This document shows, piece by piece, positions 20,496-30,581 of a stretch of DNA of 64,000 nucleotides. The DNA is taken from assembly GCA_965222375.1 (NCBI GenBank), contig CBDCTZ010000015.1, positions 736,001 through 800,000 of the forward strand. Direction: 5' to 3'. The translations under genes and the position numbers were made by a program. Every line of letters begins with the position of its first letter. Positions within the stretch are counted from its first letter, which is position 1. This stretch comes from Polyangiaceae bacterium (GTDB lineage Bacteria; Myxococcota_A; Polyangia; Polyangiales; Polyangiaceae). Under the pieces are notes generated by a model, which was not told the origin of the DNA, ran no database searches, and saw only the letters and a program-made list of their open reading frames with translations.

Positions 20496-20585
20496 CTCGA
20501 GCTCCTGGTTGAGGGCACCCCAAGTCACCGCCGCACTGCCGATGGTCGCACCCAAGAAACGGCGCCTAGGGCGTCCAACAAACTC

Positions 20586-20601
20586 CGCACGGCTTGTGCC
20601 A
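20586..20601 (-). promoter_or_regulatory. Sigma54-type promoter motif upstream of the Cys-rich array
   Basis: Minus strand TGGCAC-aagcc-GTGCG (GG-N10-GC). Confidence 0.5.
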
Positions 20602-20766
20602 TTGACCAAAATCAAGATGCCGCGACGTTCCTAGGGAGTCCGGCCGTCGATTCTTCGAAAGTCGAGTGGGACCTTCGAGCACTGCTGCCAACCCGAACTG
20701 CCAACCGCGAGTTGCGTTGCATCGGTGGCCAACCTTCTTTCCGGGCTCTTCTGCACGGACTAGACA

Positions 20767-20782
20767 TGGCCCACCGGTTGCA
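20767..20782 (+). promoter_or_regulatory. Sigma54-type promoter motif upstream of the FG-GAP lipoprotein
   Basis: TGGCCC-accgg-TTGCA. Confidence 0.55.
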
Positions 20783-20838
20783 CGGGATCTTGGCACGAGT
20801 CGCCGAGAGGCGGCTCGGCCGTCTCCAGGAGGCTTCTC

Positions 20839-23268
20839 ATGCGTTCGTTATACCTTGCTGCGTTGGCGTCGTTGACCCTGCCATTCGCCCTCGTCGTCGC
20901 CTGCGGCGGGAGCGACGAAGGCGAAGCGGTCGGGGGAGGGGGCGCCGGTACGGGTGGTGGCATCAATGTCGACTCCGGTGGGCCGGCACAATGTGGACCC
21001 ACGAAACCGTGCGAAGCCGGCGTCTGCTCCAAGGGGATCTGTTGCGACACCGCAGAGCAATCATGCGGGGGCCAGTGCTGCGCATCCGGAGACGCTTGTC
21101 TGTTCGAGCAATGCGCGACCCCAGGCAAGCCCTGCCAGAGCTCGGCGGACTGCGGCGACGGCGAGTATTGTGAGACCAGCCTGGGCAGCAAACCCGATGG
21201 CGGAGCAGGCGGTGCGGGCCAGAGCGACGGGGGCAAGGTGTGCACCTCTACAGTGACCAACGCAGGGCGTTGCGTGGCCCTGCCACCAATTTGCGGGGAT
21301 GGTGGTCCCGGTGCCGACGCCGGGCACTGCGTCGAAAAGTGCGAGTTCTTTCCAGCGCCGGGCAGCCTGAACACCACCAAGAAGTGGCAGTGGGGACAAG
21401 GCATCAAGCCTGCGGAGTTCCCTGCTTTCATCGATACGTGGTCGACGCCCACGGTCGGACGCGTCTACGATTCAAACTGTGACGGTACGATCAACGCGGG
21501 TGACTCGCCGGCGCTGGTGTTCGTCTCCGGAAACGGGCAGGGCACGTGTTGTCAGTGCACCGGGGCTCCAGCCGCGCAGAGCGCGTGCAAGACGGGTGTG
21601 CTGCGAGCCGTGGACGGCCGCACGGGGACGACCCTGTGGTCTTTGCGCAAGGCTGAGCCTGGAAGCGTGGGGTTCGCCGCAATGAGCACGGCCCTGGGCG
21701 ACATCGATGCTGACGGCAGCATGGAAATCGTTGCCATGACCGGTGAGGGCAAACTGGCTTTGATCAGCGGTGACGGCAAAGTCCTGGGCCTATCCGACAA
21801 GCCCTACCCCAACTCGCACTCGCCCGCCTTCGGCTGGGGTGGCGGGATCGCGTTGGGCGACATGGATGGCGATGGCAAGCCGGAAGCCGCATACGGCGCG
21901 ACGGTCTGGACCATCGATGGCACTACCATCAAGCACCAATTCGACGGAACCGCCGGCCTTGGAGGTTTTGTCCACACGGCGATGTCCTTCTTCATCGACC
22001 TCGATGGCGACGGAAAGCTGGAGCTGCTCGCCAGCAACTCGGCCTACAACAGCAAAACGGGCGGGATTCTGTGGAACCGAAGGACGGCCAGCCCCCTAGG
22101 TGCCGCCCTTCCCGATGGATTGAGCGCCGCAGCGGATTTTGACGGCGACCAGAAACCCGAAGTCGTCGTCGTTGGCGGCGGCAAAGTGTGGATCCTGGAA
22201 GGCGCCACCGGCGCCAACGAGCTGGGACCTTTCACCCTTCTAGGCACGGGTAGCGGAGGGCCACCAACGGTGGCGGACTTCGACGGCGATGGCAAAGCAG
22301 AGATCGGAGTAGCCCAGCAGAACAAGTACTCGATGCTCAAGCCCAACTACGCGACCAAGAAAATCGTGAGCATGTGGGAGGCGCCGAACCACGACCTATC
22401 TTCTTCCGTTACGGGTTCCAGCGTGTTCGACTTCGAAGGCGATGGCAGAGCCGAGGTCGTGTACAACGACGAATGTTTCTTGTGGGTCTACGACGGAAAA
22501 ACCGGCAAGGTGCTGCTCACGGAGCTAACGACGTCCTTTACGGGCACCGAAGCGTCGATCGTGGCGGATGTGGATGGCGACGGACACTCGGAGATCGTGA
22601 TGATCTCCAACGGCGCGAGCCCCACGAACTGGCAATGTAATATTTCCCCCTGGAACAAGCCCGACCCGGCCAACAACCGGCCGGCCTGGAAGCCGCCACC
22701 AGGTCAAACCGCTTACCGCGGTCTGACGGTGTGGGGCGACAAGCAAAACTCCTGGGTCGGCACTCGCACGCTGTGGAATCAGCACGCGTACTCCGTATCG
22801 AACATCTGTGACGACCGCGACACCGCATGCACGGCACCGAACACCTATGGTCTGATCCCGAAGCAGCAACAGGCCAACTGGACATTGCCGTGGCTGAACA
22901 ACTTCCGCCAGAACGTCCAAGACCAGGGGATCTTCAACGCCCCGGACGCTGTGGTCACGGTCAATGTGGAATGCAGTGATCCCGTCGTAGTAAACGTCAG
23001 CGTACGCAACATCGGCCTGTCGGGGCTTCCCGCGGGCGTGCCAGTGGATGTCTACAATGGCGCCAAAAAGATCGGCAGCGTCGCGACGACCCAACCCTTG
23101 GGCCCGGGGCAGAGCGAGACCATCGCCTTCAGCGTGCCTTCAGGTAGCGGCGGCCAAGATGACACCTACGGCGCGAAGATCGACCAGGGCGCCAACAAGA
23201 CCTTCAACGAGTGTCGCGAGGACAACAACGATGCCAGTGGCGCCAAGGCCAATTGCGGACCGAGGTGA
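20839..23268 (+). CDS. FG-GAP/VCBS-repeat lipoprotein with C-terminal CARDB-like domain
   Basis: SD AGGAGG; lipobox VVAC; repeated DxDGDGxxE; ECREDNN near the C-terminus. Confidence 0.9.
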   Translation: MRSLYLAALASLTLPFALVVACGGSDEGEAVGGGGAGTGGGINVDSGGPAQCGPTKPCEAGVCSKGICCDTAEQSCGGQCCASGDACLFEQCATPGKPCQSSADCGDGEYCETSLGSKPDGGAGGAGQSDGGKVCTSTVTNAGRCVALPPICGDGGPGADAGHCVEKCEFFPAPGSLNTTKKWQWGQGIKPAEFPAFIDTWSTPTVGRVYDSNCDGTINAGDSPALVFVSGNGQGTCCQCTGAPAAQSACKTGVLRAVDGRTGTTLWSLRKAEPGSVGFAAMSTALGDIDADGSMEIVAMTGEGKLALISGDGKVLGLSDKPYPNSHSPAFGWGGGIALGDMDGDGKPEAAYGATVWTIDGTTIKHQFDGTAGLGGFVHTAMSFFIDLDGDGKLELLASNSAYNSKTGGILWNRRTASPLGAALPDGLSAAADFDGDQKPEVVVVGGGKVWILEGATGANELGPFTLLGTGSGGPPTVADFDGDGKAEIGVAQQNKYSMLKPNYATKKIVSMWEAPNHDLSSSVTGSSVFDFEGDGRAEVVYNDECFLWVYDGKTGKVLLTELTTSFTGTEASIVADVDGDGHSEIVMISNGASPTNWQCNISPWNKPDPANNRPAWKPPPGQTAYRGLTVWGDKQNSWVGTRTLWNQHAYSVSNICDDRDTACTAPNTYGLIPKQQQANWTLPWLNNFRQNVQDQGIFNAPDAVVTVNVECSDPVVVNVSVRNIGLSGLPAGVPVDVYNGAKKIGSVATTQPLGPGQSETIAFSVPSGSGGQDDTYGAKIDQGANKTFNECREDNNDASGAKANCGPR

Positions 23269-23335
23269 CTCTGAACCTGATCGACGTACATGACCCAGAC
23301 CCGCTGTGATCGGGCAGTGTCTCCTCAACCCCCGT

Positions 23336-25084
23336 TCACTCGGGGCACTTCAGCAGCGCCCAACCACCGATGACGTCGCCTTTGGAGAGCTGAGACTTGT
23401 TGATCCAAACCACGGCGACTCGACTGCGCCCGGCCGCGATGGCAACCCGCTCTCCGTCGAAGCCATCGAGGATTCCTCCGCCCAGATCCGTCAACGGAAC
23501 CGAGTCTGCTGCCGAGGACGATAGGATTCCAGAGGCACCACTGACGCGATGCACGGACATCCCCTGACTCGTCGAGGTCACGATCAGCATGTGATCTCGC
23601 AACCTCGTCATCCCGGCGCCCTTCAATGCGCCGCTGCCGACAGTGCCCGTCGCGATTTCACTGACCGTGGAGCCAGCGAGCTGCGCCGCCTTCCAAGTGG
23701 CGCCGGAGGCGGTCGGAACGAGTGCAGCTGCCTTGTCGTCCCATGCGGTCGCCGCGGCCCAGCCGGCGTCCGGCAACGCGATCTCGCCCTTGGGCTCGAG
23801 CGTGTCCGAGGCATTGGGGCCAACGCTCATCACGACCCCGGAGGGCATTTTCGACGGCACCAGCCCGACAAACGCGCGAACTTGGCTGCTCGTCACCACG
23901 TGGGCGAACGGGATGCTCTCCGCCCCGAGCGGATGCACCACGCCGGCACCTTGCTTGAACTTCGGGGCTTCTGCAGCATCCGCGGGTGCAGAAACCACGA
24001 CCCGCTGCACGTCAGTGGTCGAGTTCTGTTCAGGCGTGGGGCTGTGCTTGACGCGGTAGACGAGCTCGAAATCCGCAGCGGCGGCGCCCGCTGCCGCCGC
24101 GCCCGCCGGACGCACCATTTCGAGCCCCTCGAAACTGGTGGTGTGTGTGGCCAGGGGCGAAGCGTGCAAATCACCCCTTGAATCAAAGGGCATCAGCAGA
24201 ACGCCACCACCGTCTCCGCAATTGGGCAGGCTGGCGGCCGCCAAACCCGCATCACCCGAAAATGCGATCCCAACACCGTCTGACGAAGCCCCACCAGTGC
24301 AAGTGAGCTCGTTGGAAGCGAGGTCGACTACGCCGCGAACCACGGGCGCTCCGCAATCAGACAGTCCCAGCAGCTTGACTTGGCCTTTGTCGCCACCGGA
24401 ACTCATCTCACGGAGTGCGACGACAAAGCCGTCCGGAGTCGAAACCAGTCCAGGGCCGCTGATGATCGACGATGAGTCTGCGGGTGCGGGCAACGGCCCT
24501 GAAGCGGCGACAGTCAGGGGGCAGCCTTTGAGATCCCCATCGTCGATTACACACTCACCCGTGGTGCATGACCCTTTTGTGCAGATCTTCGGCGACTTGC
24601 ATCCCGGACCGCGGAGCGCCTCGCACGCACAGGTAGGCATCCCATCCTGGGTTTGCGCCGACCAGTCGCATACGCCGATGCGTACCTCTCTAACGTTTTC
24701 TAGATTGGCGGCCGTGCACCCGAAGCCGACGACGCCACAGTTTTCGTTTCGAACCAGCGCCGCGAAGCCGTACTTCACTTTGTCCAGATCGCCCACGTCA
24801 GGAAGACTGCTGTCGACGGGCGCGACGGAGCGAAAAACGGCGCCATCCGTCCGCCCCGCTTTCAGGTCGTCATCGGAGGGGCATCCGTTGCGGAACACCA
24901 CGAACTCCGTGTAGGCACCCGCTTCACGAAATGCCGTCTCCTCGCACAGATCGCGCAACCCGATCTTGATCTTGGGCTTCTCCGCGCAGGAAGGAAAGCA
25001 AAGGCTCGCGAAAGCGAGCGCAAAGCCTGAACACACTACCCTGTTCACCGGTGAATGATTGCGCACTAGGCGGGGGTTATGCAA
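23336..25084 (-). CDS. Hypothetical lipoprotein
   Basis: 582-aa ORF, hydrophobic N-terminus with FPSC, Cys-rich segment. Confidence 0.75.
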   Translation of the reverse strand: MHNPRLVRNHSPVNRVVCSGFALAFASLCFPSCAEKPKIKIGLRDLCEETAFREAGAYTEFVVFRNGCPSDDDLKAGRTDGAVFRSVAPVDSSLPDVGDLDKVKYGFAALVRNENCGVVGFGCTAANLENVREVRIGVCDWSAQTQDGMPTCACEALRGPGCKSPKICTKGSCTTGECVIDDGDLKGCPLTVAASGPLPAPADSSSIISGPGLVSTPDGFVVALREMSSGGDKGQVKLLGLSDCGAPVVRGVVDLASNELTCTGGASSDGVGIAFSGDAGLAAASLPNCGDGGGVLLMPFDSRGDLHASPLATHTTSFEGLEMVRPAGAAAAGAAAADFELVYRVKHSPTPEQNSTTDVQRVVVSAPADAAEAPKFKQGAGVVHPLGAESIPFAHVVTSSQVRAFVGLVPSKMPSGVVMSVGPNASDTLEPKGEIALPDAGWAAATAWDDKAAALVPTASGATWKAAQLAGSTVSEIATGTVGSGALKGAGMTRLRDHMLIVTSTSQGMSVHRVSGASGILSSSAADSVPLTDLGGGILDGFDGERVAIAAGRSRVAVVWINKSQLSKGDVIGGWALLKCPE

Positions 25085-25148
25085 ACGCCAGGGTCACCCC
25101 AATGGGTTCCCGTCCATCTCGGCGGCGTCGCAAAGCAGGGGAGGCGGG

Positions 25149-26525
25149 CTATTTGAGCTTCGGCTTCGAGCGGATCAGCTTGGCAAGGCGGCTGAGCTGG
25201 CGCCGAAGCTCGCCGCGGTCGTTCACGCCACCGAGCGCGATCCGAATCGCGTCGCAAGGCGGGGAAGCGCGCATCCAGAACGCAGTCGCTGGGGTCACAC
25301 CCAAACCCTGGCGCAGAGCCTCGGCGGTCAGCGCGTCGCTTCGCCAGTGGGGCGGCAGCTCCAACCATAGGTGCAAAGCGTTTGGGTGGCCGGCGAGGCG
25401 ATAGGCAGCGAACAAGCTCCGGGCGAGACGCTGTCGCTGAGCCGCCTCGCGACGCTTGCGTTTCAGCGTCTGGTCTGCGACACCACGCTCGAGCCAAATC
25501 GCGACAATCTCGGCGCCCAGCGGGCTGACCATCCACTGCGTCGCCCAAATATGCTTGGCAAGCTGATCGGCTTGCCCCGGTGGCGCCACCAGAAACGCAA
25601 CGCGGAGGCCTGCACCCAAAATTTTCGATGTAGAAGCAACAAAGTAAGTGCGCTCGGGTGCCAAAGTGCACAGTGGTGGTGGGGGCGAGAGCGCGAGCAG
25701 ACGGTGTGCTTCGTCCTCGATGATGCACAGGTTGTGGCGCCGGGCGATCTTGACGATTTGCTTGCGCCGAGCCATCGACAGCACGATTCCCAAGGGATTG
25801 TGCACCGTAGGCATCGTGCACAGCGCACGGACGCGGCGCTGTCGGCAAGCCCGGTCGAGGCTTTCTGGAAGCAGGCCGGCGCGGTCCATCGCTACCGGCA
25901 CCAAGCGGATGCGGAGAGTTTCCGCAATCCCGAACAGCCCCGGGTAGCCCCACTCCTCCACCAGGACCGCGTCGCCGGGTTTTACCAGGTGCGCCAGCGC
26001 CACAAACAGTGCGTGCTGCGCGCCGGAGCATACGATCACATCGTCAGCGCACGTAGCGACCCCGTAGCGCTCGGCCCAACGCACGCCCGCCAGTCGATGG
26101 CGGTGCAAGCCCAGGTTTGACTGGTATCGCAGGAGCGCCCGGCGGTCTGGTCGCGAGGCCAGCTCACGAAGCGCCTCCGATGGGTCAGGATCGATCCCAA
26201 TCATCGGATAGTTCGTCGTCAAATCGCTTGGGACCGTCGGCGCCTCCAGCAGCGTTGCATACGGTCGCGTCCCCGAATCCGGGGCCAACACGCAAGTTCC
26301 GCGACCGACGTCGCCCCGAACGAGCCCGAGTCTCTCTGCCTCGCGGTAGGCCTTCGCGATCGTTCCACGCGCCACACCCAGCGCATCCGCAAGGTCGCGA
26401 TGCGGGGGCAAGCGCGTTCCCTTTGCGAGAAGTCCGCGCGCGATGTCGTCGGCCAGGGCTTGGACGATAGCCCTGTAGATCGGTTGTCCAGATGACGTCT
26501 TCAGTTCCGGTTTCCATATTGGCAT
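25149..26525 (-). CDS. MocR/GabR-family regulator (GntR HTH plus PLP-dependent aminotransferase-like domain)
   Basis: GTRLPPHRDLADALGVARGTIAKAY...GRGT; SGAQHAL, HNPLG and STSKILGAGLR; start trimmed to MPIWKP. Confidence 0.93.
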   Translation of the reverse strand: MPIWKPELKTSSGQPIYRAIVQALADDIARGLLAKGTRLPPHRDLADALGVARGTIAKAYREAERLGLVRGDVGRGTCVLAPDSGTRPYATLLEAPTVPSDLTTNYPMIGIDPDPSEALRELASRPDRRALLRYQSNLGLHRHRLAGVRWAERYGVATCADDVIVCSGAQHALFVALAHLVKPGDAVLVEEWGYPGLFGIAETLRIRLVPVAMDRAGLLPESLDRACRQRRVRALCTMPTVHNPLGIVLSMARRKQIVKIARRHNLCIIEDEAHRLLALSPPPPLCTLAPERTYFVASTSKILGAGLRVAFLVAPPGQADQLAKHIWATQWMVSPLGAEIVAIWLERGVADQTLKRKRREAAQRQRLARSLFAAYRLAGHPNALHLWLELPPHWRSDALTAEALRQGLGVTPATAFWMRASPPCDAIRIALGGVNDRGELRRQLSRLAKLIRSKPKLK

Positions 26526-26541
26526 AGTGCCAACTATGCCA
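26520..26541. promoter_or_regulatory. Inverted repeat overlapping the MocR start codon; likely operator
   Basis: TGGCATAGT-gcca-ACTATGCCA, perfect 9-bp arms, in the divergent promoter region. Confidence 0.65.
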
Positions 26542-26609
26542 TTGCGCGACACCGATCCAAAAGCCATACTGCGCTGGACCATGCCAACCCGTCCTAAAGG
26601 AACCTGACC

Positions 26610-28190
26610 ATGATCTCGAGCCTCCCCCGCGTGTTCTTCGCTGCATTGGTCTGCGCTTGTTCGTCGAGCCCAGGGGCCAGCAGTCCAGGTGCAGGTCACG
26701 ATTCCGGCACGGGCGGGACCCCTGGCAGCGACGCCGGAAGCCACGACTCGGGTAGCGACGCCCCCACGGCTCCGCCAGTATCTTGGACACCTTGCGAAAC
26801 GAATGACTGGCCCAGCGGCTACCCAATCCCTGCGATCCCGACCGAGTGCGCGTCGATCGACGTGCCGCGGCTGCACACCGCCCCAGGGCAAGGAAGCATC
26901 AGCCTTCGCGTTGCCCGCCAGCTCTCCGCAAAGAACCCCACTACTAGGGCTGTGTTCGTCCTGGAAGGCGGACCTGGGGGCTCTGCAGTCTTCACCTCGG
27001 GTCTGATTCCAGGCGCGATGCCCGGACTGATTGCCGACTTCGATCTGGTGTACGTCGACGTGCGAGGGACGGGTGGCTCCGACTATCTCAGCTGCCCGAC
27101 CGACCCGGTTTCCACCACCGCCGAGTGGGAGGCCTGCGCCAAGGCCAACTCCAGCGTGCCGTTGAATCAGTACTTGAGTGTGCCTGTGGCACACGACCTG
27201 GACAACGTACGGAGGCGTCTGGGCTACGACGGTATTCACCTGTTCGCGGCCAGCTATGGCACGCGCGTCGCCTTCGACTACCTCCGCCTCTACGGAAACT
27301 ACGTCGTGGCTGGCGTTTTCGATGGAGTGGCTCCCCCGGTTACGGATCTGTTCGCCGACTCGATCACGTCGATCGATCGTGGAGTGAAGATGTTGATCGA
27401 TGACTGCGAGCAGGATTCGAGCTGCGTCGCCGTGTCGCCGAACCTCGCGGCCGACCTCACGCAGCGGCGCAAGAACCTCGCAGCGAACCCCAGGCCGGTC
27501 CAATTCGATGGACAGAAGTTCTTCGAGACAGAGAACGACTTCATCGGCCTATTGTACGTTTTCATGCGGTCGGACTACTGGCGCTTTCGCATTCCGCGGG
27601 CGGTGCACGAATCCGTGCAGGGCGACCACACGCGGTGGAACCAGCTGATGACGGAGGCCATAGGCTCGGTCGTGAGTGACGCCACTGGGACCGCGCCACC
27701 CGCGAAGGCCCTAACGCCGATCGCCCGCTTCTTGCCGCAGATCGGATTCGGTGTGGCGTTCGGCTCGAGGGCCGTAAACGGTGCCGTCCTGTGTGCGGAG
27801 GCCCTGCCGAGCTCGCAGGGGATCAGCGCCCTGATGGCGCTTCAGAGCCAGCAGGCGTGGCCACGGACTCATGCCATCAACAAGGCAAAGTCGTGCCCAT
27901 CGTGGGCGGTCACGCCACTACCGGAGTCGGAGCGGCAGCTCGTGTCGTCGGACGCGAAGCTCCTTCTGATCAGCGGTCTTATCGACATCAATCTGGATCC
28001 GAAGTGGGCAAAGGTCGCCCTCGAAAAGCTCAACCAAGCGAAGTTGATTGAAGTTGAAAACGCGACGCACCTTCCGACCTACAAGCCGTGTGTCGGTCAG
28101 ATCAATACCGAGTACTTGCGAGCTGATGGAGACATCAACAAGGTCGATATGTCATGCCTCGACCAACTTCCGAAGCCGAAATGGGATTGA
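26610..28190 (+). CDS. Alpha/beta hydrolase lipoprotein (TAP-like peptidase)
   Basis: Lipobox VCAC; EGGPGGS, DVRGTG, ASYGT nucleophile elbow, C-terminal His. Confidence 0.88.
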   Translation: MISSLPRVFFAALVCACSSSPGASSPGAGHDSGTGGTPGSDAGSHDSGSDAPTAPPVSWTPCETNDWPSGYPIPAIPTECASIDVPRLHTAPGQGSISLRVARQLSAKNPTTRAVFVLEGGPGGSAVFTSGLIPGAMPGLIADFDLVYVDVRGTGGSDYLSCPTDPVSTTAEWEACAKANSSVPLNQYLSVPVAHDLDNVRRRLGYDGIHLFAASYGTRVAFDYLRLYGNYVVAGVFDGVAPPVTDLFADSITSIDRGVKMLIDDCEQDSSCVAVSPNLAADLTQRRKNLAANPRPVQFDGQKFFETENDFIGLLYVFMRSDYWRFRIPRAVHESVQGDHTRWNQLMTEAIGSVVSDATGTAPPAKALTPIARFLPQIGFGVAFGSRAVNGAVLCAEALPSSQGISALMALQSQQAWPRTHAINKAKSCPSWAVTPLPESERQLVSSDAKLLLISGLIDINLDPKWAKVALEKLNQAKLIEVENATHLPTYKPCVGQINTEYLRADGDINKVDMSCLDQLPKPKWD

Positions 28191-28630
28191 AGGTCGGTGT
28201 GATGCGCCAAGTTTGCTCACCCAACGCCGCCGTCCACGTCGCGCGGGTCACCCGTGTCGAAATTCCCCTGAGGATCGGGCGGCGGCACGCGAATACGGAC
28301 ACGCTTTGTGCTGGGCGCTTCCTGTCCTTGGGGCGTGTGTCCGGAGGACGATCCTCCGGTGCGAGCCACTTCGACTTATCGCTCCACGGACGGTGCTACA
28401 CGGAAAGAGCTCGCGGCCGAGGAGTTCGCAGGCCGCCGCGCCACCATTCACATCGCCTGAGGCCGGGTGACGGCCGGTGTGTGCGCCGGGACACAGCGGT
28501 GCCACCCAAGCTCCGGGCGACGGGGCTGGCAGCTGATCCGAATTACCTATCCCTGTGCAGTTGGGTCACGTCGGCCTGGCTGTTAGCGCGAGCGACCCGA
28601 AGGAAGGGAGCTTCACGCCGAGTTCCGGTT

Positions 28631-28739
28631 TGATTCAGCCGTCATTCCACCCTGAACGAAATAACTTGTTCGTGGATCGGAGGTTACGCGAACTTTCCAC
28701 GCCGTGTTTCGGCGCGAACGCTTTGGTCGGCCTGGACTC
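28631..28739 (+). repeat. Dispersed ~110-bp element, copy 3
   Basis: tcagccgtcattccaccctgaacg...ggtcggcctggactc. Confidence 0.95.
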
Positions 28740-29543
28740 CCGCTCGCAGCCCAGCCCGATGCGGACGGCGTGCGCATCCGTCTCACCAAGCGCGCGCACC
28801 TGGGCCTGTACATGACCGGAGACAGCGCGATCGCCAATGGCTTCTCCGCCACCCTGCCCAAGGACGCGGAGTACACGCTGCAAGCCGTCGCGAGCTGCAC
28901 GCCGCCGGCCGCCCTCAGCGTGCGGGGCGTGAAGCTCAGCGCACGGCAAGAGCTTTGGGTGCGTTACATCGCCGAGCACATCGTGCCTGAGCTGCCCGGA
29001 ACCAAAGACGAGCGCATCGACAAGGCCGCCTACGTCGCGTGGTGGGCCCTCAAAGAAGGCGTGCTCGACACCAACAATCCCCTCGCCTACTCGAACTGCA
29101 GCATCCCGCCGGACAAGCACATCGGCCCGGTCGAAGTCTGCCCCAACGCCAAGAACGCCTGGCAAGTCGGGATTTCGGGAGTGCAAGCCACCTACACCAG
29201 CGTGGCCACCGCCGAGCAGATCGCGCAGGCGGCGTACCCCCAGCAATCGCTGATCGAAGTCTTGACCAAGGCCGCGCCAACCGCAGGCTACGGAGTGCAA
29301 ACCGCATTGGGCCAGGCCATCATCACTTCGAAGGATCGCCTGCGCCTGTCATGGTTGCTCCGCACCGGCCCCGTGGGATTCGCTGCGCAGTACTCGCCGG
29401 TCTACAACGAGTGCTTCGTCTCGACGAAGTCGTGGTGCTTCGGCAGCGGTTGGCCCAGCTCCGCATCCTTCGCCCCAACCCAAGCTGGCGCCAACCAGGC
29501 CGTGACGGATCTCAAGTCCATCTTCCAGTCACTCACTCCCTGA
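28740..29543 (+). CDS. Hypothetical protein, probably 5'-truncated at the repeat
   Basis: Protein-like frame starts directly at the repeat edge (LAAQPDADGVRIRL...); the upstream GTG lies inside the repeat; internal ATG at 28812. Confidence 0.6.
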   Translation, partial: PLAAQPDADGVRIRLTKRAHLGLYMTGDSAIANGFSATLPKDAEYTLQAVASCTPPAALSVRGVKLSARQELWVRYIAEHIVPELPGTKDERIDKAAYVAWWALKEGVLDTNNPLAYSNCSIPPDKHIGPVEVCPNAKNAWQVGISGVQATYTSVATAEQIAQAAYPQQSLIEVLTKAAPTAGYGVQTALGQAIITSKDRLRLSWLLRTGPVGFAAQYSPVYNECFVSTKSWCFGSGWPSSASFAPTQAGANQAVTDLKSIFQSLTP

Positions 29544-29732
29544 GCCCGAACGCCCTCATCCCGAGCGGGTAGTCGGAGAAGGTCTGGAGTGGATGGCGCA
29601 CCGTGCGCGAGCGCTGCGCCCTGGCCTTCGCTCCGAGGCGTGGTACTTTTCGCCAATGAAATGGACGTGCTTGCTTGTTCCCGTGGCGAATGCCCCGTGT
29701 GTTGAGCGATTAGACCAGAACGCCGCGTCGGG

Positions 29733-30515
29733 CTAGCCAGCCAAACACACCTCGCTCACCTTGAGCCGCGGAGACATGCGGACCTCCACGACGTGATCCG
29801 TGAACAGTCCTGCGCAGTCGAAGTGGAGCGTGATGCGCCGCGAATCGATCACCATCGACTCGAGCTGTTGCCGACGCTTGAACGCCGTCGTCGACATCGG
29901 ACGCCCGCCCTCGCGCCACGCGTCGTTGTACGTATCGAGCAACTCGGCCGCGATAGCATCGCGGATCTTCGGCAATGACTGCTCGATACGAAGCACGAAG
30001 CCAGCCGCGCGCTCCACTTCCTTGCCAACAGCCTTGTCGTTGTCAGCATCCCCAGTGACCACATAAACCGCGTACCGAGCCTTGGCCTTCTTCCTTTCGC
30101 CTTGGAACCACCCCATGTCGCGATCGAGCTTCAAGCTCCCCAGCACACGACTCTTGACCCGCTTCGGCCGGGCCTGTTCCTTCGCCACTGCCACCAGACC
30201 GGCAGCCGGCGTCACCTGCCGCAGCGGGGACCGCGCAACGTTCTGCTCCAATCGACTACCACTAGCCTTGCGCACCGTCTCGATCGACAGCGCAACGTTC
30301 TTCCCATCCCATCGGCGCATCGCACCCGAAAGCGCGCTCTGGCTCTTCACCGGCACTTCCACCCGCAGCTCCTTCTTCTGCGCCACCCCGTCCTCCCCCC
30401 GCCAAGGCCGCAAGAAGATCACCAACGCCGGCTTCGCCCCGAGCAGCCCCCCAACCCCCGTAACGGTCCCCTCAACCCGACGAACCCCCTTTGCCGCCTT
30501 CCGCGCTGCGCCCAT
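29733..30515 (-). CDS. Hypothetical protein with DUF2262-like C-terminus
   Basis: AELLDTYNDAW...ITLHFDCAGLFTDHVVEV resembles DUF2262 (recalled, not searched). Confidence 0.6.
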   Translation of the reverse strand: MGAARKAAKGVRRVEGTVTGVGGLLGAKPALVIFLRPWRGEDGVAQKKELRVEVPVKSQSALSGAMRRWDGKNVALSIETVRKASGSRLEQNVARSPLRQVTPAAGLVAVAKEQARPKRVKSRVLGSLKLDRDMGWFQGERKKAKARYAVYVVTGDADNDKAVGKEVERAAGFVLRIEQSLPKIRDAIAAELLDTYNDAWREGGRPMSTTAFKRRQQLESMVIDSRRITLHFDCAGLFTDHVVEVRMSPRLKVSEVCLAG

Positions 30516-30581
30516 GAAAGCCCTATGACCTGAACGCGCACTCGGATCAAGGCAAGCGCAGAGCACTGGTGAACGAGTTTC

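Noticed and set aside
26526..27503. N-terminal 326 aa of the 784-aa minus-strand ORF
   Set aside because: Mostly antisense shadow of the hydrolase gene; MocR homology starts at MPIWKP (26525)
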